DNA of 60,264 nucleotides, the filler included, from Sphacelaria rigidula (taxonomy: Eukaryota), in assembly GCA_964200075.2 (NCBI GenBank). It is 7 parts of 7 records of this genome, joined end to end, with 100 filler letters (N's around TTAATTAATTAA, not from the genome) between each part and the next. Parts side by side here need not be neighbours in the genome. Positions count along the whole stretch, not along the records: positions 25,873 to 34,395 come from CAXNAA020010892.1; positions 34,496 to 43,018 come from CAXNAA020010893.1; 5 more parts are not named here. One strand, given 5' to 3'. This document shows positions 26,057 through 34,676 of this stretch, in pieces. Below the pieces are notes generated by a model, which had not been told where the DNA came from, did not search any database, and was given only the letters and a program-made list of their open reading frames with translations. Within the stretch, counting starts at the first letter, position 1. Each line of letters begins with the position of its first letter. The position numbers and the translations under genes were made by a program.

Positions 26057-27043
26057 ATGCCCCGGTCAGACGACATGTTCTCGGATTCCGACGAGGATTC
26101 TTCGCCGACCACTTCGACTCCTACAACGCCGGTGAAGAAGACCAACAGAGACATGACAACCGTGAAGAAGCCACGGTCTAGACAAGATGTTCGTCGAGAA
26201 TACATGGAGTACAAACAAAGGGCTGCCAAGAATAAGGCCAATGATGCCATGGCTGATGCCAAGAATGATGCCAAGGCTGACGTCAAGGCTGACGCCAAGA
26301 ATGATGCCGACGCCAAGCCTGTCAGGAGTAAGTCAGGGGTACGAACACCGCGCAAGTCTTCGGCTTACTTGGCGGTGAACAAGCACTTCCACCAGGCTTT
26401 CAAGCACACGTCGGAGAGTGGTGACGCGGAGGCATTCAAGTACTTGCTCAAGAAGACTCCTGTTGCCGTTGTGCTTCACCACATGCATTTCCTCTTCCAC
26501 CTGAACCGCGATAACGCGAACAACATGCGATTGCTCGTGGTGTACAACGCCAAGTACAACATCGTCTCGAGGTACTTCCTGAAAGCGATGAAGTCGGAGG
26601 ACAGGGCATCTTCGGCCATACAGTCTCTGGGGGAGGTGTTGAAGCAAATCTCCAAGAAGACTCCGCTGAAGGACATCGACAACCTCCTGCATTTTACGCC
26701 AGAGTTCATCCTGATGGCAACGATCCAAGCGGGGGACATGGCTTCCGACGACAAGATTGTGTCAGAATGGGAAGTAGTAGATGCTTTCAAGCGTTCCTCT
26801 GACTTGATCGCGGCATTCTTTGGGGTGAAGAACTTCTTCGCGGAGCCCTCGAGGTTCGTCGGTCGCCAGTGTCTGATCATTTCCTGCATTTGCGGTGGAA
26901 GCGTGGATACTTTGGCCAAGATCGTCAAGAGTACGGATACCAAATGGCTTTCGGATTACACGATGCGCAAGACGCGTGAGATGAGTACTCCTCCGCAGGC
27001 GATGCTGGAGCACCTAGCGGACACGTACGGGTTGAAGATGTAG
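26057..27043 (+). CDS. Viral hypothetical protein, 328 aa, basic/low-complexity N-terminus
   Basis: Intron-less ORF with codon style similar to the adjacent polB. It has an S/T/P-rich start and DAKN/DAKA tetrapeptide repeats (26242-26317). Confidence 0.85.
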   Translation: MPRSDDMFSDSDEDSSPTTSTPTTPVKKTNRDMTTVKKPRSRQDVRREYMEYKQRAAKNKANDAMADAKNDAKADVKADAKNDADAKPVRSKSGVRTPRKSSAYLAVNKHFHQAFKHTSESGDAEAFKYLLKKTPVAVVLHHMHFLFHLNRDNANNMRLLVVYNAKYNIVSRYFLKAMKSEDRASSAIQSLGEVLKQISKKTPLKDIDNLLHFTPEFILMATIQAGDMASDDKIVSEWEVVDAFKRSSDLIAAFFGVKNFFAEPSRFVGRQCLIISCICGGSVDTLAKIVKSTDTKWLSDYTMRKTREMSTPPQAMLEHLADTYGLKM

Positions 27044-27147
27044 TTAAGAGAGTTATAGGTTTTTTTTAAGGCCGTTCTTGATGTTTCGGAATTGGAGATT
27101 TAGGGTTAGGATCAGGCTTCACACAGTTATAATAAATTCAGACCCAA

Positions 27148-30100
27148 ATGGAACTTTACCTGCATGACATCAAAATCGAGAACCGTAACCCTACCAAACC
27201 GACGGGTTTCGACAGTCACACGTACGTGCACATCTTCGCCGTGGACTCTACCGGTGACCCGGTGTTCGTCGAGGTGAAGGATTTTCGGCCATGGATGTAC
27301 GCTGAGCTTGGACCGGGCGTAGACTTCGCGTCTTTCAAGTCGGAGCTGCAGCAGCACTTTTGGTACCGGAACGTCGTGTCGTGCGAGTTGGTCCAGAGGA
27401 AGCGATTCATCGGCTTTTCGGACAACAGACTGTTCGACTACGTCCTCTTGCGCTTCACCGGCCTCCTACCGATGTTCTGTTGCCGGAAGACACTGCGAGA
27501 GACTACCTTTCAGGGACACAAAATCATCACGTACGAGGACAAGGTTGACCCCGTGCTGAAGTTTTTCCACGAGACGAAGGTTCGTCCTTCGTCTTACTTC
27601 TTTATGGAGAACTATCACAGGGTCTTTGGGGACGGGAGGACCCACTGCGACATGGAGTTTACGGTGGAGTCGAGGCACTTGTCCAACTCGTCGAGCTCTC
27701 GTCCACCTCCTCCGATGACGATGTGTGCGTACGACATCGAGTCTTCGGGCCTGGATCCCAAGACGGACTTCGTCTTCCAGGTTTCCCTGTGCTTCTCCCG
27801 CTTGGGAGACAACTTGGAGGATTCCGGAGATCACGCGTCCTCGTCTTGCAAGGACGGCATGGTGATTTGTGTGGGAAAGACCGACTCCTTGGACGGGACC
27901 CCCATCGTGGAGGTTTCAAACGAGGTTTCTCTTCTTGAGAAGTTCCGTGACGTGGTTGTCGAGCGGAAAGTCTGCATCCTCGTGGGTTACAACAGCTATC
28001 AGTTCGACGGGCAGTTCATGTACAAGAGGGCGGTCGAAACGTATTCCAGCAAAACTTTCCGGAAGATCGGGTTCCTGAGGGACGAGGAAGCGGAGCTTAA
28101 GGTCAAGATTTTGGAATCCTCCGCTCTGGGAAAGAACGAGCTGGCTCAGTTCATCATCCCCGGTCGGTTGGAGTTCGACGCACTCATGACTCTGCGGAGG
28201 AATCACAAGCTCAGCTCGTACAAGCTGAACGCCGTCTGCGAGAAGTTTTTCGGCGGAACAAAAGACGACGTTTCTTACCAGGACATCCTCGAGGCTTGCA
28301 CGACGAAGGATCCGCACAAGCTGGGCGTGATCGCCAAGTATTGCTACCAAGACTCTTGGTTGGTCCTCCGCCTTGTGGACAAGCTCAAGGACGTCTACAA
28401 CGGCATGGAGATGTCCAAGCTGTGCAAGGTGCCGCTGAATTTCATCGAGTCTCGCGGGCAGGAGGTGAAGTGCATGTCTCTCATCCTCGACCGGATCCAC
28501 GGTTCGTACGTGTGCAACCACGTCCCGGCGAAAGACAACGAATCCACGGGGTATCAGGGAGCGACGGTGATCGACGCGTCAGTGGGGTTCCACGTGAAGG
28601 ATCCGGTGGTTTGCTTGGACTTTGCTAGCCTCTACCCTTCTATCATGCGTTGGAAGAACCTGTGCTACACGACGTTTGTCATCAAGAGCTCAGGCAATCA
28701 TGACAAAGATCCAGATCCTTCTTACCTCGGCATCGACGGCGTACACTACGAACACTTCGAGACTTCACCTGGGCACTTCGAGACGTTCGCGCACCGTCCT
28801 GGAGAAAAGGGCATCCTGTCCTTGATCGAGGAGAACCTGGGCGAGTCGAGAAAGGCGACCAAGAAGCTGATGAAGGAGGTTGACAAGGAGAAGGACCAGT
28901 TCAGGTACAACCTGCTGAACTCCAAGCAGCTCGCGAAGAAGGTGACGATGAACTCCCTGTACGGCTTCTGTGGAACGTCCAACGGGGTTTTGCCTCTCGT
29001 GGCCATCGCTGCCGCCGTCACCTGCACAGGGCGAAAAATGATCGACGAGACAGCGGAGTTTGTTCGGACGACAATGGGAGCGACGGTGGTGTACGGGGAC
29101 ACCGACTCGGTGATGTGCACCTTCCCTGTTTCGGACGAGGTCAGGGCGGAGGGCGACAGGGCTCTGCTCCGTCACGCTTACGCAAAGGGTTTGGAGGCGG
29201 AGGAAAAGGCCTCGGCCCTCTTCGGCCACCCTGTGTTGTTGGAGTACGAGAAGATGTACTGGCCGTTCCTCCTCCTGTCCGAGAAGAGGTACGCGACGAT
29301 GATGTACGAGCGCCCGGACGATGTGCCCAAGATGACGTCTTCCGGTTTGGTAACTGTGAGGAGAGACAACGCCCCGGTCGTGCGTGACACCGCGAACGAG
29401 GTCATCAACCTGCTAATGGCGAAGAAGACCGACGACGAAGTCCTTGGGTACGTTCGAGGCGTTCTGCAGTCGTTGGAGAATTCTGATATACCGTTGGAGA
29501 AGCTCGTCATCTCGAACGAGTTGAAGAAGCGTGCCGAGGAGTACGCCAGCCCTACGCCGCACTCGGTTTTGTCGGGGAAGATCGCGTCGAGATCCAAGCA
29601 GCAAAAGGTATTCCGCGAAGTCGTGAAGCCTCTGTACGAGACTCCCGGGGGTTTCGACGACAAGGCCTTGTGTTTGGCGTATGCCCGACTCGAGAATCTG
29701 CGCAAGCAGCTGTCGTTCAGGGAGAAGAAGGACCTAGACATGTACGATTTCGTGGAGGGTCTGGCGAAGGGGGCGGTGGCGGTAAAGCACGCGGGGTTTG
29801 ACAAGGAGGCGGTGAGTTCGGCGGAAAGTCTGGCCAACGCTCCGGAGGGGAGGCTGGTCCAAATAGGGATCAACAACTCTTTCGACCTCGGGCAACACTA
29901 TCGCAAATTCTCTTCCTACGACAAAGTCTACTGGGAGGAACCCAGGCTGGGCAACAGGATACCGTACGTGATCGTGAGGGGCCGTGGGGCCGTCAACGAC
30001 AGGTCGGAAGACCCCAAGTACGTCGCGGCGTCGACGCATCTCAAGGTCGACACTCTGTACTACATCGTGCAGCAGTTGAAGAACCCCTTGACGGGGATAT

Positions 30101-30234
30101 TAAAGCACACTCTGGGTAATCCGGAGAGACTGAGCCAGCTCTTCACGGAGTTTTCTAGGAGGGCTTCCAACGCAAATCTAGGACGACGCGAGATTACTAG
30201 TTTTTTTACCAGGAACGTCAAGTCGAAGACTTAA
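27148..30234 (+). CDS. polB: Family B DNA polymerase, phaeovirus-like, 1028 aa, apparently intact
   Basis: Exo I YDIESSG, Exo II GYNSYQFD, Exo III YCYQDS; polymerase motifs DFASLYPS, KVTMNSLYG, YGDTDS, EKRY; C-terminal PIP-box-like EITSFF. It has no introns and no Pol-delta Cys-rich CTD. The phaeovirus assignment is from recalled similarity, not from a search. Confidence 0.97.
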   Translation: MELYLHDIKIENRNPTKPTGFDSHTYVHIFAVDSTGDPVFVEVKDFRPWMYAELGPGVDFASFKSELQQHFWYRNVVSCELVQRKRFIGFSDNRLFDYVLLRFTGLLPMFCCRKTLRETTFQGHKIITYEDKVDPVLKFFHETKVRPSSYFFMENYHRVFGDGRTHCDMEFTVESRHLSNSSSSRPPPPMTMCAYDIESSGLDPKTDFVFQVSLCFSRLGDNLEDSGDHASSSCKDGMVICVGKTDSLDGTPIVEVSNEVSLLEKFRDVVVERKVCILVGYNSYQFDGQFMYKRAVETYSSKTFRKIGFLRDEEAELKVKILESSALGKNELAQFIIPGRLEFDALMTLRRNHKLSSYKLNAVCEKFFGGTKDDVSYQDILEACTTKDPHKLGVIAKYCYQDSWLVLRLVDKLKDVYNGMEMSKLCKVPLNFIESRGQEVKCMSLILDRIHGSYVCNHVPAKDNESTGYQGATVIDASVGFHVKDPVVCLDFASLYPSIMRWKNLCYTTFVIKSSGNHDKDPDPSYLGIDGVHYEHFETSPGHFETFAHRPGEKGILSLIEENLGESRKATKKLMKEVDKEKDQFRYNLLNSKQLAKKVTMNSLYGFCGTSNGVLPLVAIAAAVTCTGRKMIDETAEFVRTTMGATVVYGDTDSVMCTFPVSDEVRAEGDRALLRHAYAKGLEAEEKASALFGHPVLLEYEKMYWPFLLLSEKRYATMMYERPDDVPKMTSSGLVTVRRDNAPVVRDTANEVINLLMAKKTDDEVLGYVRGVLQSLENSDIPLEKLVISNELKKRAEEYASPTPHSVLSGKIASRSKQQKVFREVVKPLYETPGGFDDKALCLAYARLENLRKQLSFREKKDLDMYDFVEGLAKGAVAVKHAGFDKEAVSSAESLANAPEGRLVQIGINNSFDLGQHYRKFSSYDKVYWEEPRLGNRIPYVIVRGRGAVNDRSEDPKYVAASTHLKVDTLYYIVQQLKNPLTGILKHTLGNPERLSQLFTEFSRRASNANLGRREITSFFTRNVKSKT

Positions 30235-30355
30235 ATCAAAATTACCACCATCTTTCTTCCAGGAGAGAGAGAGACGCGAGATTACTAGTTTTTTACCAGG
30301 AACGTCAAGTCGAAGACTTAAATCAAAATTACCACTCATCCTTTTTCCAGGAGAG
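30185..30355 (+). repeat. Tandem duplication (~88-bp period) of the polB 3' end and stop codon
   Basis: GACGCGAGATTACTAG(T)nACCAGGAACGTCAAGTCGAAGACTTAAATCAAAATTACCAC...CCAGGAGAG at 30185-30267 and 30273-30355. Confidence 0.92.
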
Positions 30356-30810
30356 TTTTAAGGTTAGTTGTAGATTTCTGTTCAACCTGTTTTGCGGGCA
30401 GGCAAGGGGGAAGGGGCAGAAAGTAAGTCGATGCAAACAGACTTACTTTCTTTTCTTTTTTTGTGAGTTTTAAAAAAGGTTTTGGAAAGATCCACTCTCA
30501 AGTGTCGGAAAAATATTCTCAACTATCATAGAGCAGGTTTCCTGGTCTACCAAAGAGCTTTGGCAGCAAATGCTCCGCTGTAAAAAGAGTCGGACAGGTT
30601 CCTACAGGTGTTTCCACCCAGGACTCCACAATTCCGCTTCCCACACCGAGAGCCCGTGTGTGTTAATGAAAGCAATCGACGAATGTGGTATATGTACATG
30701 CGTGAATCGACGAATATAATACACAGGATTGGTTTCTTTAACAGGGTCGTTCCGACAACGTACACTCCTCCTTTCCGACAACGTCCTACTCCGTGGCTCG
30801 TTGATTAGAC

Positions 30811-31254
30811 ATGACATTTTTCGATAAAAAATATGAGAGAAAATATGTCCAAAACATCATGTCCGGTCAAGGTAAGTCAAGCTTGGGGGTTGTTTATCGT
30901 CTGTTTGTGTTTCCTCTGAGGATTCTCTTCTTCCGCGGCCCGAAGCTGTGGGGTTACGGATTCGGAGGAGGAAGTTCTGCAGACGAAATGTGTCAGTCGT
31001 TCACGGACGTCAGAAGCGAGTTCTGGCGTTCTTCCGACGCGACACAGAGGGAGTGTTTTGAGATACTAGAAAGAAGATTCGACGCGTTCGTCGTCGGGGC
31101 TTTCGCCCTTTCGACAATCGCTGTTTGCATCCAGACCATGTACCTGTCAGTAAGCAGATATTTTTTCCTTAGGCCGTTGAACGAAGTCAATCGCAACCTG
31201 AAAGAGGTCATACGCCTTATAAGAATCGTACAAGAAGAAAATGAGAAAGGTTAG
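30811..31254 (+). CDS. Viral hypothetical small membrane protein (start possibly ATG 30859)
   Basis: Intron-less ORF with a hydrophobic segment AFVVGAFALSTIAVCIQTMYL, a two-Cys ectodomain-like part and a coiled-coil-like tail. It converges on the next gene with a 6-bp gap. Confidence 0.75.
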   Translation: MTFFDKKYERKYVQNIMSGQGKSSLGVVYRLFVFPLRILFFRGPKLWGYGFGGGSSADEMCQSFTDVRSEFWRSSDATQRECFEILERRFDAFVVGAFALSTIAVCIQTMYLSVSRYFFLRPLNEVNRNLKEVIRLIRIVQEENEKG

Positions 31255-31260
31255 TTATGT

Positions 31261-32565
31261 TTAATAAGCTAGGGCGTAGGTTTCCACCAAAGGATTGATG
31301 ACTGAGTCTTTCATGTTCAATTTTTCCACATACTCTTCCCTGACCCTCGCCCGAAGGATTTCCGACATCGCCTTGGAGTACTCTGGGACGGAGTTCGCGG
31401 TCTGGTAGGCTTACCGACCGGTGGATCCGACGGACTCGAGGAAGTCGTGCCGGATTTTCGCGGCAAGTTGTGCGATTTCTTTTTCAACGATGTTGATGGA
31501 GACGCATTTTTGCGCGTTGTCCAGGACCCCTTCGAAGACCGATATTATGCGCGATACCTTTCCTGTTCCACACACAACGACCCCGTTCTCGAATCCAGAA
31601 CTCAATCTCTTACACAGGGTCTCCCTCAAGTTAGACTCGATGTCTGGGTCGGGAATCGTCGATATTTTCCAAAGCACCATGTCCAGGACTTGTATCTGAG
31701 AAACCCCTGTTCCGGAATACTCATCCGGCGACAAGGACACAATGACATGGTGAGCGTTTGCGACTTCGTCTTCCGAGATCCCGGCGTCTTTGCAAAGCTT
31801 GACGGCATCGTTGATGACAACTTCGTGGTCTCTGAAAGACCTACCAGAGACCCTGAACTCGTCGGCCAAAGTCTTGATGTTGGTCTTCGTCGCGGACGTT
31901 ATGCCGTGGTCGTGAGTGTTCTGTGAACCCCCTCCTAGTCTTTGTAGTCTTTGTTGTCTCTGGCGTGTAGCTTGTCTGCCGTGTCTACGTGTTGTTGGTG
32001 TAGTCTTCTTTGATATTTTCATGTTCGCTTCTCTTCTCATTTTGGAATTCCTCAACTCCAGCTCTGTTGGTCTTGTGTCTTGTGTTTGAGGTTTTGGTGA
32101 TTTCTTCTTCGCTGTCATTGACTTTGCGAGTGTTACCAGAGAATTCCCGTAGGTAGTATCCATTGCTTGTCCGAGTTGGTCTTGCTCGGATATCGGATTC
32201 TCCGTCAAAGCTGTCATCTTCGCTTGTGCGTTTCCTCGGACAACGGGGTTCGGGCACTTCGTCGCGACTTCGTAGCAAATCCTGGCAATTTTTTCGTCGG
32301 GCAGGAGGTACGGGAAGAATCCCCTGGCGTACTCGTCCCCCATGTCAACGAGCGTGCTCCAGTCGTGTGACTTGTTAAAGTGGTTGATCATCGCCTGCAT
32401 GTCGTTATATTTGTTGTGGACAGCCCTCTGTTTGGTATAGACCTGTTTGACAGCCCCGACGACGCTTTGTTTAGGTATTTCTCGGTGACGCAGAATATTC
32501 AAGACTAACATGGAGACGAGCGTGGCGACGACCAACATAATCAACGGAGACTTCATTGGGGACAT
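31261..32565 (-). pseudogene. Viral hypothetical protein with N-terminal TM anchor, interrupted by an in-frame TAA at 31411-31413
   Basis: The 384-aa ORF continues in the same frame past the TAA for 49 more codons (AYQTANSVPEYSKAMSEILRARVREEYVEKLNMKDSVINPLVETYALAY*) to 31261. Motifs SQNTHDH and VCGTGKVSRI. Confidence 0.75.
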
Positions 32566-32960
32566 TTTTGTTTTTCTTTCACAAATAAATAAAATTTAGC
32601 GTTAGTCACGAAAGACTAGTGGGCACGCGCATATATTTTCAGACTTGTTGGCAATGCTTCCGCTGATGAAAAAAAAGAAAAAAACAGAAAAAACAAAAAT
32701 AAAATGCCCGTGCCGGGAATCGGATCCACTCCATACGTGAATCGACTTTAAAAGGGTAAGATTTACAAAAAATTCGACTTGAGCAGTCATTGTGTGTGTT
32801 GCACGCACTTTGAACGGGGCTTAAATGCTTACACACGCTGGTCGACGTGCATCTCGTAGAGATGTGTCGTTAGTGCAACAAGGATTGGATTGTCGGAACA
32901 TCAACGCACTAACGTCCGTCGATCGGTGAAGCACACTGGTCATTTTTTGCTTTTTTTGGC
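32535..32960. repeat. ~425-bp direct repeat, copy A (copy B at 33947-34395)
   Basis: Near-identical from ACATAATCAACGGAGAC to ...TTTTGCTTTTTTTGGC; B has an extra ~21 bp after GTTAGTCACG. Confidence 0.95.
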
Positions 32961-32974
32961 AAAGCATGCTGTTT

Positions 32975-33950
32975 GGCATGACAAAGGTTTGATTTTTCGA
33001 AATTGCCAGTGATGTCACGCATGTGTTGACTTGCACCACATGACGAAAAATTGGAAGTGATGTCACACATGTGTTGCATGACAAAGATTTTGGAATACCT
33101 ACTTATTGACTTGCACCACATGACGAATAATTGGCAGTGATGTCACACATGTGTTGCATGACAAAGGTTTGGAATACCTATTTATTGACTTGCACCACAT
33201 GACGAACAATTAACAGAGATGTCACACTATGTTGCATGACAAAGGTTTGAAATACCTACTTATTGACTTGCACCACATGACGAATAATTAGCAGAGATGT
33301 CACACATGTGTTGCATGACAAAGGTTTGAAATACCTATCTATTGACTTGCACCACATGACGAATAATTGGCAGAGATGTCACACATGTGTTGCATGACGA
33401 AGGTTTGGAATACCTATTTATTGACGTGCACCACATGACGAATAATTGGCAGAGATGTCACACATGTGTTGCAGATGTCACACATGTGTTGCATGACGAA
33501 TATTTGGAATACCTATTAATTGACTGACACCACATGACGAATCATTGGCAGTGATGTCACACATTTGTTGCATGACAAATGTTTGGAATACCTATTTATT
33601 GAGTTGCATCACATGACGAACAATTGGCAGAGATGTCACACATGTGTTGCATGACAAAGGTTTGGAATACCTATTTATTGACTTGCACCACATGACGAAT
33701 AATTGGCAGAGATGTCACACATGTGTTGCATGACAAAGGTTTGGAATACCTACTTATTGACTTGCACCACATGACGAATAATTGGCAGAGATGTCACACA
33801 TGTGTTGCAGATGTCACACATGTGTTGCATGACAAAGGTTTAGAATACCTACTCATTGACTTGCACCACATGACGAACAATTGGCAGAGGTGTCACACAT
33901 GTGTTGCATGACAAAGATTTGGTATTCCAATCTAATGACTTGCACCACAT
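32975..33950. repeat. 79-bp tandem repeat array (~11 units plus degenerate leading part)
   Basis: Consensus GATGTCACACATGTGTTGCATGACAAAGGTTTGGAATACCTA(C/T)TTATTGACTTGCACCACATGACGAATAATTGGCAGA. Unit starts: 33059, 33139, 33218, 33296, 33375, 33454/33474, 33553, 33632, 33711, 33790/33810, 33889. Confidence 0.97.
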
Positions 33951-34395
33951 AATCAACGGAGACTTCATTGGGGACTTTTTTGTTTTTCTTTCACAAATAA
34001 ATAAAATTTAGCGTTAGTCACGCAAAACGCTTTACATTTTGCATCTTTCAGACTAGTTGGCACGCGCATATATTTTCAGACTTGTTGGCAATGCTTCCGC
34101 TGATGAAAAAAAAGAAAAAACAAACAAATCAAAAGAAAATGCCCGTGCCGGGAATCGGATCCACTCCATACGTGAATCGACTTTAAAAGGGTAAGATTTA
34201 CAAAAAATTCGACTTGAGCAGTCATTGTGTGTGTTGCACGCACTTTGAACGGGGCTTAAATGCTTACCCACGCTGGTCGACGTGCATCTCGTAGAGATGT
34301 GTCGTTAGTGCAACAAGGATTGGATTGTCGGAACATCAACGCACTAACGTCCGTCGATCGGTGAAGCACACTGGTCATTTTTTGCTTTTTTTGGC
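33947..34395. repeat. ~425-bp direct repeat, copy B (runs to contig end)
   Basis: See copy A; the contig breaks just before a second 79-bp array would be expected to begin. Confidence 0.95.
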
Positions 34396-34495
34396 NNNNN
34401 NNNNNNNNNNNNNNNNNNNNNNNNNNNNNNNNNNNNNNNTTAATTAATTAANNNNNNNNNNNNNNNNNNNNNNNNNNNNNNNNNNNNNNNNNNNN

Positions 34496-34676
34496 GGGGT
34501 TCGGCAGTCCCTTTCCCTCGTCGACCGTGGAGTCAAATTTTGTGTACCCACGACATGGTCGCTCTCCACTGTTGGACATGGTGTGAGAAAAAATCACAGA
34601 TCGCTCCGAGATTTGAATCCACGACTCAACCATCAGAAGGTTTCGAGGTTACCAACTGAGCCACCGGGGCGACCGG
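34496..34676 (-). mobile_element. tRNA-derived SINE copy
   Basis: Aligns over its full length with 16209-16388. A box intact; B box GATTCAAATC. Confidence 0.8.

Larger units (their letters stand above)
25873..34395. mobile_element. Giant-virus (Nucleocytoviricota, phaeovirus-like) genome segment: provirus/endogenous viral element or co-sequenced virus
   Basis: The whole contig is intron-less with closely packed long ORFs and AT-rich intergenic tracts. It contains a viral-type PolB and none of the host repeats seen in the other contigs. No host junction is visible. Confidence 0.88.

Noticed and set aside
27098-27110. Telomere-like TTTAGGGTTAGG upstream of polB
   Set aside because: Fewer than two full units; compatible with chance.
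29089-29109. Intein in PolB at the YGD/TDS site
   Set aside because: YGDTDS is contiguous; no insertion.
27466-29876. Antisense ORFs overlapping polB (e.g. 27916-28521, 29178-29876)
   Set aside because: Shadow ORFs caused by high GC3 codon bias on the coding strand.
33723-33911. Repeat-encoded 62-aa peptide
   Set aside because: Arises only because 79+20 bp restores frame locally; other units contain stops and frameshifts.
32975-33950. CRISPR-like array (AT-rich 'leader' plus regular palindromic repeats)
   Set aside because: The sequence between palindromes is near-identical in every unit, so there are no unique spacers, and no cas-like ORFs are present.
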